64,000 nucleotides of DNA, from the IMG/VR virus record IMGVR_UViG_3300028591_000019, positions 13,408-77,407 of that record. One strand, given 5' to 3'. The position numbers and the translations under genes are program-made. The notes beneath the pieces are model-generated. The model saw nothing but the letters and a program-made list of their open reading frames with translations, was not told the DNA's origin and searched no databases. Shown one piece after another: positions 26,163-35,849 of this stretch. Numbering within the stretch: position 1 is the first letter of the stretch; every line of letters starts with the position of its first letter. This DNA comes from a virus. Lineage: Duplodnaviria; Caudoviricetes.

Positions 26163-26327
26163 ATGACAATGTATGAAATTCTGAAAGAAATTGAAACAGT
26201 AAAAATCAAGATGAAAAATCATCGTTCAGAGTGGTTCGGGATGCTTGGTACAGAGTGGGAAAAAGCGGACTGGATGAAAAAACGCAATCGCTTAAATGAA
26301 CTGCTCGCAATGCTTGCAAGAGCATAA
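26163..26327 (+). CDS. Small hypothetical protein (not in track)
   Basis: Manual translation MTMYEILKEIETVKIK..., 54 aa, after motif copy 1. Confidence 0.5.
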   Translation: MTMYEILKEIETVKIKMKNHRSEWFGMLGTEWEKADWMKKRNRLNELLAMLARA

Positions 26328-26441
26328 TGCAAGCGAAAAACACACCATGCAGAAAATGAAAAAAATTTTTTCGTGCAGTGTAGTAAAACAAAAAATCGTG
26401 ACTCTGGTATTAATGACAAGATGAGAAAGGAAAAAAAGAAA

Positions 26442-26720
26442 ATGAACATGAAAATCAAAATCCTGCAAGCTAATATTTCAACACCGTACAAATTCCTGTC
26501 GTACAAAACTGCACAGCGTGAAAACTTTTCCCTGTTAGATTACGATTGTGTTTTTGATGGAGAAGTTGACGTAAATAGCCTTGACGATATTTTTGCAATT
26601 TTCAACACGGATGAAAGACCGAATCCGATGACAATGCATTCATTAAGCGTTTCCGATTTAGTCGTGACGAAAGACGGCACGTTTTATTGCGACAATTTCG
26701 GATGGAAAAAAATTCTATGA
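26442..26720 (+). CDS. YodL-domain protein
   Basis: ILQ...YKFLSY...DYDCVFDG...LDDIFAIFN...HSLSVSDLVV...FYCDNFGW. Confidence 0.8.
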   Translation: MNMKIKILQANISTPYKFLSYKTAQRENFSLLDYDCVFDGEVDVNSLDDIFAIFNTDERPNPMTMHSLSVSDLVVTKDGTFYCDNFGWKKIL

Positions 26721-26950
26721 AAGGAAATGAAAAAATGAAAGACGGAAAATTAATTGGGAAAGCTGTTATCTTGAAAGGCTTTAACGGTAGTCGGTCGGAT
26801 GACTGGGTGATTATAAAGGATTATGACGGGAAATATTACTGGGCATCTTTCGGCGATGATAAAATATGCATTCCGTTTTACAGAAATGAATTTATCGTGC
26901 CGAGAGATAACATAAAACGTGAATTTCGGAAATGCAGTAACCAAAAATAA
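26687..26950 (+). CDS. Hypothetical protein
   Basis: MKDGKLIG...; true start later than the track. Confidence 0.5.
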   Translation: MRQFRMEKNSMKGNEKMKDGKLIGKAVILKGFNGSRSDDWVIIKDYDGKYYWASFGDDKICIPFYRNEFIVPRDNIKREFRKCSNQK

Positions 26951-27009
26951 TATATTATTTCATGCTGTAGTAAAACAGAAAATCGTGACTCTGTAAAGGA
27001 TGAACAGAT

Positions 27010-27038
27010 AAGCACTCAAAAAAATGAGTGCTTTTTTG
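27010..27038 (+). terminator. Terminator-like hairpin just after motif copy 3
   Basis: AAGCACTCA-AAAAAA-TGAGTGCTTTTTT. Confidence 0.6.
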
Positions 27039-27087
27039 TTTGCTCTTTGCGGATGCAAAAAACAAAAAATAATGGAGGCACAAAAAA

Positions 27088-27858
27088 ATGACCACAAAAA
27101 AATCAATCTATGAATCATTCGGAATCCAGTTTGACGGTGAAAAAATTCTTTCCCCGATGGGAGCGATTCGTCCCCTGTTGAAAAATGGCAACACGAAAGT
27201 CGGAAAGAACGTGTACACGTTTTCAATCTTGCCTACAAACAAAATGTTTAATGTTGATGGCATAGAAATGAAAGGAACGTGTCCATGCACTTGCAAAGAT
27301 TGCTACGGCACAAAAGGATGCTGTGCATATGATAGCTCTGTCGCAAGCTATGCAAGGAATACAATTCTCGTGCGGAAACATCTTTCCTTTGTGCGTGATG
27401 CAATCATGGCACAGATTCTTGCGGATAAAATCCGTACGGTGAGAATCCATGCGGTCGGTGATTTCGATGGAAATGCAGAATATGTGGAGATGTGGAAAGA
27501 CATAATCCGCAAGAATCCAAACGTGCAGTTTTGGACATATACAAAGTTTGCTCAGTTTGGGAATGCATTCGATGAACTGCCAAACGGAAACATTGTAAAG
27601 TCTGTTATTCCGAAAATCGGATTCAATTTCGGGGAATGCGGATATGTAATCGATACATATCGGTACTTGAAAAGTATTGGGGAAGATGTGTATGTGTGCA
27701 GATGCGGAATTGACGATAATCAGCACTGCACACACTGCAAACATTGCAGTACACACAAGTATGTTCTGTTCGTCATCCATGGAAACGGATATCGTGCAGA
27801 AAAGGATGCACGATATGCAGAACTGGTGGAACTGATTGAGTCGCAGGATAGGGAATGA
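27088..27858 (+). CDS. GP88-family, radical-SAM-like protein
   Basis: GNTKVG, CPCTCKDCY (CxxxCxxC), RIHAVGDF, FWTYTK motifs. Confidence 0.75.
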   Translation: MTTKKSIYESFGIQFDGEKILSPMGAIRPLLKNGNTKVGKNVYTFSILPTNKMFNVDGIEMKGTCPCTCKDCYGTKGCCAYDSSVASYARNTILVRKHLSFVRDAIMAQILADKIRTVRIHAVGDFDGNAEYVEMWKDIIRKNPNVQFWTYTKFAQFGNAFDELPNGNIVKSVIPKIGFNFGECGYVIDTYRYLKSIGEDVYVCRCGIDDNQHCTHCKHCSTHKYVLFVIHGNGYRAEKDARYAELVELIESQDRE

Positions 27859-27878
27859 AAAATTCCCTATCTTTTTTT
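27847..27878 (+). terminator. Intrinsic terminator
   Basis: GATAGGGAAT-GAAAA-ATTCCCTATC-T7, directly before motif copy 4. Confidence 0.8.
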
Positions 27879-27937
27879 GAATGCAGTGTAGTAATTTGCG
27901 ATTTTGTGACTCTGTTATGTGTGGAAAGGATGAAGAA

Positions 27938-28186
27938 ATGAATATGACGATTGAGAGAAAAGCAAAACTGTACGACGGCAGATGTATGGATGTTTTCGGA
28001 CTGACGGAAAAAATGTCGACTGAAGAAAAGGCAAGAAAATTCGATACGCTTATAGCTTTGGCGATTATGGCAAACAGTGGCGATGAAGGTATCGATGTCG
28101 TTGGATGCATTTCCAAATTTGAGGATTTCGGCATGACTAGGTCTGAAATCAACGATGTATTGCGTAAAAGGTTCTTTGCTAACTGA
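27938..28186 (+). CDS. Hypothetical protein
   Basis: MNMTIERK... after AAAGGA. Confidence 0.55.
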   Translation: MNMTIERKAKLYDGRCMDVFGLTEKMSTEEKARKFDTLIALAIMANSGDEGIDVVGCISKFEDFGMTRSEINDVLRKRFFAN

Positions 28187-28279
28187 AATAATATATTATT
28201 TCGGGATGTAGTAAAACGCAAAAATGTGACTCATGAAGGGGTAGTATATCCAATTTTAAGAATGGAGAGGTGAAAATCT

Positions 28280-28498
28280 ATGTTCGGAATGAAGAAAACT
28301 GCAAAGAATGATGGGAAAAAGGCTTGTCTGATGCTCGTGAATTGTGGGTATGGCTTGTGTGGCTTTGAAGATGATTCTCATGCGTATGCGATTTATGAAA
28401 ACCGATTTACTGGAAAGCAAATCCGTTTTTGCATGGATGACGCAACATATGAACCGATTGATAATGCAAGAATCGTGCGAAGCTGTTTTGCACGATGA
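28280..28498 (+). CDS. Hypothetical protein
   Basis: 72 aa after GGAGAGG. Confidence 0.55.
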   Translation: MFGMKKTAKNDGKKACLMLVNCGYGLCGFEDDSHAYAIYENRFTGKQIRFCMDDATYEPIDNARIVRSCFAR

Positions 28499-28590
28499 AA
28501 AAAATTTATTTTCGATGTAGTAAATCGTGAAATTGTGACTCTGATATAAATGCAAACAAACGAAATCAATGAAAGGATGGAATTTGAACC

Positions 28591-28899
28591 ATGATGATGA
28601 AGAGATTTTACTTGAACGGATGCTGTGTCGATGATGCGGTCGTTGAAAAGCATACTACACGCTATGTGAAAACCGAAAGCGGTAAATCGTGGAGAAAAAC
28701 AGATGAAGAAACCGAAACCATAACAGCAAGGCAGTACTGCAACATTGTGGAGGCTGTTCCGTTCTTCCGTAATCTTGGGGGCAAGGAAATCGTAAGCAAA
28801 GGATATACCTATTACGGATATATACCGATTCAGATTACAAGCATCTCACCCGACAGGAACGCAAAGCACGTTTACCAGTTCAGTTTTAAGCTGAACTGA
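28591..28899 (+). CDS. Hypothetical protein
   Basis: 102 aa after motif copy 6; PFFRNLGGKE...ITSISPD. Confidence 0.6.
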   Translation: MMMKRFYLNGCCVDDAVVEKHTTRYVKTESGKSWRKTDEETETITARQYCNIVEAVPFFRNLGGKEIVSKGYTYYGYIPIQITSISPDRNAKHVYQFSFKLN

Positions 28900-29017
28900 T
28901 TTTTTAATTATGGAGATGTGAAAAATGAATCGTGCGATTTACAGACCGATGTTTAGCCGTTTGCTGTGTGCGGTGCTGATTGATATCGAGGAAATTTGAA
29001 AGGATGGTGCTGTGGAA

Positions 29018-29146
29018 ATGTTTGTCGAAACGCTAAGTGAAGCGAGGAAACTCGCAAAGGAAATCAACGGGACATACCGCAAGGTTGATAGCGGATGGTT
29101 GGTTCTTTCGTGGGCTGAATATCATGTATGGATTAACCAAAAATGA
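29018..29146 (+). CDS. Small hypothetical protein (not in track)
   Basis: Manual translation MFVETLSEARKLAKE..., 42 aa. Confidence 0.45.
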   Translation: MFVETLSEARKLAKEINGTYRKVDSGWLVLSWAEYHVWINQK

Positions 29147-29242
29147 CAAACTGGATGCATGAAAAAAATATTTTTTGAACGTGTAGTAAATTTGGAAAAT
29201 GTGACTCTGATATGAACGCATTAAGTGAAAGGAGAATGATGT

Positions 29243-29551
29243 ATGACTGAAAAATATATGCCCAAAGTTGGAGAAAAAGTGACCCTGTGCAATTGGTACT
29301 GTGCTACGAAAACTCCGTACACAGTTATCAAGGTAAGCAAGTCTGAAGTAACTGTGCAGGAATGCGAACTTCTGTTCTGTGGTGTTCGGCACTACGATAC
29401 TATTGCGGACGAAATCCGTGAGAATCCTAACGGACGGACGGCAACTCTGCGGTGGAGTCCGAAGCGTGGCTGTTGGATGGAGAGTCCTGTCCGTTCGTGG
29501 TCTGACCGAGCGGTGTTTGGCAAGTGGGAACACGAACCCTATCTTAACTAA
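29243..29551 (+). CDS. Hypothetical protein
   Basis: 102 aa after motif copy 7, GAAAGGAG ribosome site. Confidence 0.65.
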   Translation: MTEKYMPKVGEKVTLCNWYCATKTPYTVIKVSKSEVTVQECELLFCGVRHYDTIADEIRENPNGRTATLRWSPKRGCWMESPVRSWSDRAVFGKWEHEPYLN

Positions 29552-29566
29552 GGATGGTGATTTGAA

Positions 29567-29938
29567 ATGTTACAGGATGAAAATGCATTTGCAGAGAATC
29601 CGCAGGCAATGCGTGTTCTTGTCAAGTCTTTCAAGGACAAGGTAAAGACTTTGAAAAAAATTCATCATAATGCACTGATGACGCACAACAATCCGCAGAA
29701 AGTTATCGATGAGTTTGTCGATGCTGTCGGATATGAAAATGCCAAGAATGTTATCGCAAATTTGGTAAATGCGAGAGCGAAATGGGACGGAAGAATCTCT
29801 CCGAAAAATAAAGAATGGGCAAGCAATCTTGCGGACATCGACCGAGAAGTAATCACCTGCATATGTTATGCCGATGATGCGATTCACTCCGCACATCTTG
29901 ACCAACTTTGCGACTACATGAGAAGAAAGGAAGTGTAA
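29567..29938 (+). CDS. DUF3849-like protein
   Basis: WDGRISPKNKEWA...IHSAHLD. Confidence 0.65.
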   Translation: MLQDENAFAENPQAMRVLVKSFKDKVKTLKKIHHNALMTHNNPQKVIDEFVDAVGYENAKNVIANLVNARAKWDGRISPKNKEWASNLADIDREVITCICYADDAIHSAHLDQLCDYMRRKEV

Positions 29939-30089
29939 ATATGCCCGAGAAAGTATGGAGAATCACATTCGAGAAGAACGGCAGAGAATACTGGACAGCC
30001 TTGCGTGAATCGACAGCGGAAAGTGCTGTTGCACAGTTCATTGAATGGAACAAAGACGCAAAAGTTTTGACTGTAAAGGAGATGTAAAC

Positions 30090-30251
30090 ATGGAAAGGAT
30101 GTACCCCTGTGATGCAAGCGGAATGTGTCCGTATGAAACATTCGATAATCCAGAAAGGATGTATTTCTGCCGTGACCATTGCGGTCTTGGTGTAGATGAA
30201 TCAGATGAGCAGTACATTTGGGACGATGAAGAAAGTGAGGATGATGAATAA
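30090..30251 (+). CDS. Small Cys/acidic hypothetical protein
   Basis: YPCD...CPY...CRDHCGLGVDE with acidic tail. Confidence 0.55.
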   Translation: MERMYPCDASGMCPYETFDNPERMYFCRDHCGLGVDESDEQYIWDDEESEDDE

Positions 30252-30442
30252 TGATGTTGAAAGTAATGGATTTATGCAAGCAAATTCCAAAGATGCGTGT
30301 GCAGATTTGTAACGCATCCACATTGGAAGTCCTGTTTGAAGGTGTCATTGAAGATTGTCCGTATCGTATTTGCGACATGGATATCGAAAAGGTTGAAGCG
30401 CAGTTCGTAAACGGTGTTGACTATCTTATTCTTGCAGAATGA
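30251..30442 (+). CDS. Hypothetical protein
   Basis: 63 aa, coupled. Confidence 0.55.
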   Translation: MMLKVMDLCKQIPKMRVQICNASTLEVLFEGVIEDCPYRICDMDIEKVEAQFVNGVDYLILAE

Positions 30443-30457
30443 AAGGAGAATGAAGCA

Positions 30458-30751
30458 ATGTATTGCGAAAGAAAAAGAAATGTAAACTTGTCGGTAAGTT
30501 TTGAAATCCAGTTGGCAGATGTTATCCGATTGATAACTGCCAGTTTGGTGTGCGTTTATTATTCTGATGAGTTCGGGGATTCTAACTTCTTTGAAGCAAA
30601 CGGTGAAGGAGAACTTCGCAAAAAGGCAAAAGAAGCCAATGTCCTTGATGCAACAGTAAACAGTATCGGCAACTTGAATGGGAAAATAGTCATCCTTTGC
30701 GATAAAAAGTTGCAGACACTATCTGAAGCTTCCATTGATATAGATGTATGA
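30458..30751 (+). CDS. Hypothetical protein
   Basis: 97 aa, GAAAGGAG ribosome site. Confidence 0.6.
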   Translation: MYCERKRNVNLSVSFEIQLADVIRLITASLVCVYYSDEFGDSNFFEANGEGELRKKAKEANVLDATVNSIGNLNGKIVILCDKKLQTLSEASIDIDV

Positions 30752-30766
30752 AAGGAGAATGAAGCC

Positions 30767-31003
30767 ATGGCAAACAGTTTCAGAAAATATATCATGACGG
30801 ATTACAAAGAGGTTATCAAGAAAATGAAAAAGATTGGTGCGGAGAACATCCACGGAATCAGCGGAGAACATCGGGCATTGAATATGGAAACGAAAGAATG
30901 GAAACCATATTATACAATACATTACAACAAACGTGCGGAGTTTGAAATCAGTCCGTCCGTGTTGGACAAACTCGTTGAACTTGGTGTGCTTGTAAAAGAA
31001 TGA
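30767..31003 (+). CDS. Hypothetical protein
   Basis: 78 aa, GAAAGGAG ribosome site. Confidence 0.6.
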   Translation: MANSFRKYIMTDYKEVIKKMKKIGAENIHGISGEHRALNMETKEWKPYYTIHYNKRAEFEISPSVLDKLVELGVLVKE

Positions 31004-31326
31004 ATGGGGGTGCTGAGATGGGCAGGCGTAGCCGAGTGTGTAAATTTCGGAACAAACTCTTCCAGTACGATTTCGATAAATGCATGGTGTACTGGGTGAG
31101 CAAACCCACTAAATACATACTGGAAGATAACGAGGAGTGGATGTCAGAACATGGATATCCACTCTTCCCTATTAATGAAGATGGATACATGGATGTCAAA
31201 GGCATCGGTCTTTCCGAGATGAATTGGAAGGACAAAGAAGCAAGAAATGAGTACCTTGAAATGTGGTGTGATGAACTGGATGAAGAAACTCGCATTCTCG
31301 CAAAAGAATATGAACTATGGGGGTGA
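31000..31326 (+). CDS. Hypothetical protein
   Basis: RVCKFRNKLFQYDF...GLSEMNW. Confidence 0.6.
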   Translation: MNGGAEMGRRSRVCKFRNKLFQYDFDKCMVYWVSKPTKYILEDNEEWMSEHGYPLFPINEDGYMDVKGIGLSEMNWKDKEARNEYLEMWCDELDEETRILAKEYELWG

Positions 31327-31332
31327 AAAATA

Positions 31333-31635
31333 ATGGAGAAAAAGATGTATGAACTGAACGGATACAAGATATATATCGAGAAGACAAAATATGAATACAA
31401 TGGACGGCTTGCCGTGCAAGCATACATTGTGGAAGATGATGGATGGGTCGAACCTTATGGCACTATCACAGTCAATCTTCCTAACGAGCAGATAACCGAT
31501 AAGGACTGCGGATTTGTTGATGAAAACAATATGCCGTTCATTTCCGAATGGCTTGAAGAAAATGGACTAGCCGAAATTACTGGCAGGATTGGTATGAGCG
31601 GTTACTGCTTCTATTCTGAAATGAGATTCAAATAA
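31333..31635 (+). CDS. DUF4313-like protein
   Basis: YNGRLAVQ...EPYGTITVNL...FVDENN...WLEENGLA...SGYCFY. Confidence 0.75.
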   Translation: MEKKMYELNGYKIYIEKTKYEYNGRLAVQAYIVEDDGWVEPYGTITVNLPNEQITDKDCGFVDENNMPFISEWLEENGLAEITGRIGMSGYCFYSEMRFK

Positions 31636-31718
31636 AAAAATATTTTTTGGGATAGTGTAGTAATTTCCAAAATCGTGACTCTGTATACAACGAACAAAAA
31701 ATGAGAGGAGAAAAATGT

Positions 31719-32612
31719 ATGAACGTATATGAGATTGTTACAGACCGCATCGTGAAAGAACTTGAGAACGGACAGATTCCGTGGAAGAAGCCTTGGGTCG
31801 GCACGGAATACGCATGGGGAAGAAACAACGGAAAGTTCTACTCCATTCTGAATCAGTTACTGGTCGAAAAGAGCGGTGAATATGCTACTTTCGGAAAGAT
31901 TCAGAAAGATGGTGGCAAGGTTAAGAAAGGTGCAACGCACAAAGACATCTTCTGTTGGGGGATGCGAGAGTCCAAAACAGAAAAGGACAAGGATGGAAAG
32001 CCAAAGATGATTCCATACTTGAAATGGTGGCAAGTGTTCAACATCAAGGAAGACACCGACCTAGATGTTAAATATCACAAGGAACTGGTGCAGACATTCG
32101 ATACTGCTCCAATCGAGGAGATTGACCGCATCATTAATGATTATGCGGGGCGGAGCGGTGTGAAGTTCATCACCGATAAGGGATGCGACCGTGCCTACTA
32201 CTCCCCCACTGACCACACGATTCATCTTCCGAGCATCGAACAGTTTAAGAATGTTGCCCTGTATTACAGCACAAAGTTCCATGAGATGATTCACAGCACA
32301 GGGCATAAGTCCTTGCTGAATCGGTTTGAAAAGGGACAGACAAAGTTTGGGAGCGAGGTCTATTCCAAAGAGGAACTAGTCGCAGAGATTGGAACGGCTT
32401 GTATTCTGAATCGGTTGGGAATCGAAACGGATGATTCGTTCCGCAACAGCACAGCCTATGTGCAGAACTGGGCAAAGCATCTCAAGGCAGACAGCAAGAT
32501 GATTGTGTCGGCATCCAGTAAAGCAGAGAAAGCCGTGAAGTTAATCTTCAACGAACTGGACGAGAAAGAAAACAATAATGATGCCACCGAAATGGTGGCA
32601 TCTGTTGCATAA
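31719..32612 (+). CDS. ardC: ArdC-family antirestriction / ssDNA-binding protein
   Basis: IPWKKPW, YATF, GGKVKKG, VFNI, AYYSP, HEMIHSTGH zincin motif, YSKEELVAE, AYVQNW. Confidence 0.88.
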   Translation: MNVYEIVTDRIVKELENGQIPWKKPWVGTEYAWGRNNGKFYSILNQLLVEKSGEYATFGKIQKDGGKVKKGATHKDIFCWGMRESKTEKDKDGKPKMIPYLKWWQVFNIKEDTDLDVKYHKELVQTFDTAPIEEIDRIINDYAGRSGVKFITDKGCDRAYYSPTDHTIHLPSIEQFKNVALYYSTKFHEMIHSTGHKSLLNRFEKGQTKFGSEVYSKEELVAEIGTACILNRLGIETDDSFRNSTAYVQNWAKHLKADSKMIVSASSKAEKAVKLIFNELDEKENNNDATEMVASVA

Positions 32613-32626
32613 GAAAGGAGAAAAAT

Positions 32627-32821
32627 ATGTTTGGTGCAATGACGGTCGAACAGTTCCTGTATTTCGCAATGGATGATTGCGAGGTTGGAATCTTTAACCT
32701 TGACAGCGGAGATGAAGCTGTCTTCAAAACAATCGATGAAGCTGTAGCAAAGTACGGCAACTGTGATGTGTGTTCGTGGGATGTCGAGGACGGACACATT
32801 TGCTTGAACATTGAAGAATAA
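32627..32821 (+). CDS. Small acidic hypothetical protein
   Basis: 64 aa, GAAAGGAG ribosome site. Confidence 0.6.
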   Translation: MFGAMTVEQFLYFAMDDCEVGIFNLDSGDEAVFKTIDEAVAKYGNCDVCSWDVEDGHICLNIEE

Positions 32822-32823
32822 GG

Positions 32824-33162
32824 ATGGTGAAATGCATGACTGATATTAAGAATTTAACTCCGCACTCTATCGTGGTAATCCTGTCGGATGACATCCGATA
32901 CGTTATCACTCCGAGCGATTCTGTCGCTCGTTGTTCCTCTTCCACCGAGGTCATCGGTGAGGTGAATGGAGTTCCGCTGACTCGCACAATTTACGGTGAG
33001 GTTGTCGGACTCCCACAACCGAAAGAGAACACGATTTATATCGTGTCCACTCTTGTTGCACAGGCTTGTCCCGACAGGGATGACTTGTTTATCCCGAATG
33101 AAATCGTCCGTGACACAAACGGCAAGGTTATCGGATGCAAATCGTTCGGAAGAGTTCATTAA
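32824..33162 (+). CDS. NLTPH-motif protein, candidate Crn4-like ring nuclease
   Basis: KNLTPH...VAR...GEVVGLP...YIVSTLVA...RDDLFIP...VRDTNGKVIGC. Confidence 0.5.
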   Translation: MVKCMTDIKNLTPHSIVVILSDDIRYVITPSDSVARCSSSTEVIGEVNGVPLTRTIYGEVVGLPQPKENTIYIVSTLVAQACPDRDDLFIPNEIVRDTNGKVIGCKSFGRVH

Positions 33163-33176
33163 AGGGGATGAATAAA

Positions 33177-33326
33177 ATGCCAAATGGAAAATGGTTAATC
33201 ACATATCGAAAACGATTTGGTCGGAAAGAATATATGGCAATTATATATAAGGATATTACATTGCAGGAAGCAATCAAACGGTTTGAAGAGATATATCCTT
33301 TCGCTATAATCACATCAATCGTGTAA
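33177..33326 (+). CDS. Small hypothetical protein
   Basis: MPNGKWLITY..., AAAGGGG ribosome site. Confidence 0.45.
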   Translation: MPNGKWLITYRKRFGRKEYMAIIYKDITLQEAIKRFEEIYPFAIITSIV

Positions 33327-33338
33327 GGGGGAACGAGC

Positions 33339-33812
33339 ATGAATAAACATGGCGAACTGAAAATCATGACGGCAAAGGAACTGGTAGACACGTTCATCCT
33401 TGGAGATGCACAGGAAGGGATGGATTATGCTGTGCTTGACTTCACAAAGAAAGAACTGAACGGCATTCCTGCGAAATATCTTGATATCGAAAAAGTATAC
33501 GAGGATGCATGGGGATGGAACGGCATTCGAGTGATGGAAAGTCCGCTCGGTACGGAAGAAACCATCATCGTTATCGGACATTACGGTTCGATGATTTCGG
33601 ATTGCATGGCTATCAATGCAGAGAATCTTACCTACGATTGCTACGGCATCACAGAACGTATTCATAACACAATTTACAACTGCGGTGGTGAGGAATTGAA
33701 CGATGACACGCTTCTGATTGTCGAGATGCACGATGCGATGTATAAGCGTGCAGAGGAAGATGCGAAATGCGAAAGAATCCTTGCAGATGCCAAGAAAAAA
33801 ATGTGTATGTGA
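33339..33812 (+). CDS. Hypothetical protein
   Basis: 157 aa. Confidence 0.6.
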   Translation: MNKHGELKIMTAKELVDTFILGDAQEGMDYAVLDFTKKELNGIPAKYLDIEKVYEDAWGWNGIRVMESPLGTEETIIVIGHYGSMISDCMAINAENLTYDCYGITERIHNTIYNCGGEELNDDTLLIVEMHDAMYKRAEEDAKCERILADAKKKMCM

Positions 33813-33865
33813 TGTAGTAAACCACCAAATCGTGACTCTGTATAGAGCGAAAGGAGCAAAAACAA

Positions 33866-35113
33866 ATGGAAGAAAAGAAAAACGAAAACATTTATGCAAT
33901 TTGGGAATGCCACATGGATGAGCTTCGCAAAAAAGTAAAGACCATACAGAAGAAATGCGAAAAATACGGATGCGACTTCACGTTTGAAGAAGTTGGCGAG
34001 GAAATCCGTGAGGTAACAGACAGAGAACTGGTTGACCCTAACACTGGGAAGCCAGTTGTCCACCATCTCAAGTTCATCCTCGTCCATGCGGAAGGAACTG
34101 CTGTCATTAACGGATGGGAATTCGTTGCGTCAGTTGAACACACGGAAAACGGAAACATTTTCCGCAAAGCGATGACGGATGTTGAAATTCCGCAGAGATA
34201 TAGATGCTCTGACCCATACTGTGAGCATTGCAACAGCCACAGAATGCGGAAAGGGACGTTCATCGTTCGCAATGTTGAGAGCGGTGAGTTCAAACAAGTC
34301 GGACACAACTGCTTGAATGATTACACGCACGGAATGTCCGCATCGTTTGCTTCTTTTAATGCATCTCTGAAGTCCGTGTTTGAAGAAGCACAGAATCAAC
34401 CGATTAGCGGTGTCAGTTGGTTCGCAAAAAGCTTTGGGACGAGAGAAGTCCTCTGCTACTCCGCAGAAACGATTCGGCACTTTGGTTATTCCAAGTCTGA
34501 AAACGGATATGATAGCACAAAAGAACGTATGCGTAGGTTCTTTGACTGTCAGCATGGTGGTCTCTTTCCTAGCAAACTAAACGATGAAGTTCGTGAGCAG
34601 ATGGAGAGCGTTGGCTTCAATCATGAATCCGATGGAGCGAACAAGATGGTAGATGATGCTCTTGCGTGGCTTAACGAACAAGAGGAAAAGAATGATTACA
34701 TTCACAACCTCAAAGTAGCTTGCTCGTTGGATTACACAGCGTACAACAAGTTCGGACTTCTTGTTTCGCTATTCCCAACTTACACAAGAGAGATGGGATT
34801 GTATGAAAAGAGAGCAAAAGAAACGGAGCAGGGAAAATCTTCCGACTATGTTGGAAATGTCGGAGATAAGGTTGATGTTGATGTGGACAGCATCAAGTGC
34901 GTTACTTCTTGGGAATCTTCTTATGATGGATACCACACATCGGTAACGTACATTTGGAAAATCATAGGCAAAGATGGGAACGTGTTCACTTGGAAGACAA
35001 GCAAGTGGATGGACGAGGAGAATCCACCTAGGTTAATCAAGGGAACAGTAAAAGAACACAAAGAGTTCCGTGAAATCAAACAGACAGAACTTACACGGTG
35101 CAGGATTGCATAA
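33866..35113 (+). CDS. Large early protein with Zn-finger and C-terminal OB-like domain
   Basis: CEHCNSHRMRK...QVGHNCL; YVGNVGDKVDVDV...FTWKTS; after motif copy 9. Confidence 0.65.
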   Translation: MEEKKNENIYAIWECHMDELRKKVKTIQKKCEKYGCDFTFEEVGEEIREVTDRELVDPNTGKPVVHHLKFILVHAEGTAVINGWEFVASVEHTENGNIFRKAMTDVEIPQRYRCSDPYCEHCNSHRMRKGTFIVRNVESGEFKQVGHNCLNDYTHGMSASFASFNASLKSVFEEAQNQPISGVSWFAKSFGTREVLCYSAETIRHFGYSKSENGYDSTKERMRRFFDCQHGGLFPSKLNDEVREQMESVGFNHESDGANKMVDDALAWLNEQEEKNDYIHNLKVACSLDYTAYNKFGLLVSLFPTYTREMGLYEKRAKETEQGKSSDYVGNVGDKVDVDVDSIKCVTSWESSYDGYHTSVTYIWKIIGKDGNVFTWKTSKWMDEENPPRLIKGTVKEHKEFREIKQTELTRCRIA

Positions 35114-35133
35114 GAAAGGATGGTGCTTTGAAA

Positions 35134-35355
35134 ATGTCGGAAGCATATGACGCATTGTTTTGGATTTCGAGCGGTACGATGGGCATTCTGATGAGAGAGA
35201 AAACAGGAATCAAGGATAATCGGTACGATACGATAGATGATTTCCGCATCTTCGTTATCAAAGAAGCGCAGAAACTGGATACCCCCAACACAAAATCTTG
35301 GTTGGAACTATTCAACAGAATCGACTTTACGAAATATAAGAAAGGATGTGAATGA
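35134..35355 (+). CDS. Hypothetical protein
   Basis: MSEAYDAL... Confidence 0.5.
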   Translation: MSEAYDALFWISSGTMGILMREKTGIKDNRYDTIDDFRIFVIKEAQKLDTPNTKSWLELFNRIDFTKYKKGCE

Positions 35356-35356
35356 T

Positions 35357-35743
35357 ATGACATCTTACGATACAGAAATCAGATGCAGACTTTATACGCT
35401 CCTCGACCGTTACGAGGAACTGGACGGACTTTTTACTTGGGAGTTCATGAACAAAATCGCAGATGAATTTAGGTGGAGCAAATGGGAAAGACTGGATATG
35501 AGCATTGATGATGCATTGGAAGAGTATGCGGATGACAATATAGATAAATGGATTCGCCAGTTGAAAGGTAACAACCTCTACAGGGTCAAGGTTGTGCTTG
35601 AGTTTGATGTTGAATCCGCAGACAAACTGGATACGGTTGTCAGCAACGTAAAGGAACTGTTCTACGATAAGTCGGTGGAAGATTACGGTGCGATTAAGGA
35701 TGCTCGTTTAGTGAATGCGGTTGGAAAGGAAGTGGATGAGTGA
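35357..35743 (+). CDS. Hypothetical protein
   Basis: MTSYDTEIRC... Confidence 0.55.
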   Translation: MTSYDTEIRCRLYTLLDRYEELDGLFTWEFMNKIADEFRWSKWERLDMSIDDALEEYADDNIDKWIRQLKGNNLYRVKVVLEFDVESADKLDTVVSNVKELFYDKSVEDYGAIKDARLVNAVGKEVDE

Positions 35744-35849
35744 TATGAAACTTGCTGAAAAATTCATACAGTTGCTTCTGAAGTGGAAGATTGTGGAGTT
35801 CGTACATGATGATGGCGAACTTTATTTTTGGGAAGAGGAGAAATAAATC

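Noticed and set aside
27223-28221. 332-aa minus ORF and similar long antisense ORFs (e.g. 6827-7717, 14298-15173, 45157-46017)
   Set aside because: Opposite to well-supported genes; no ribosome sites or motifs
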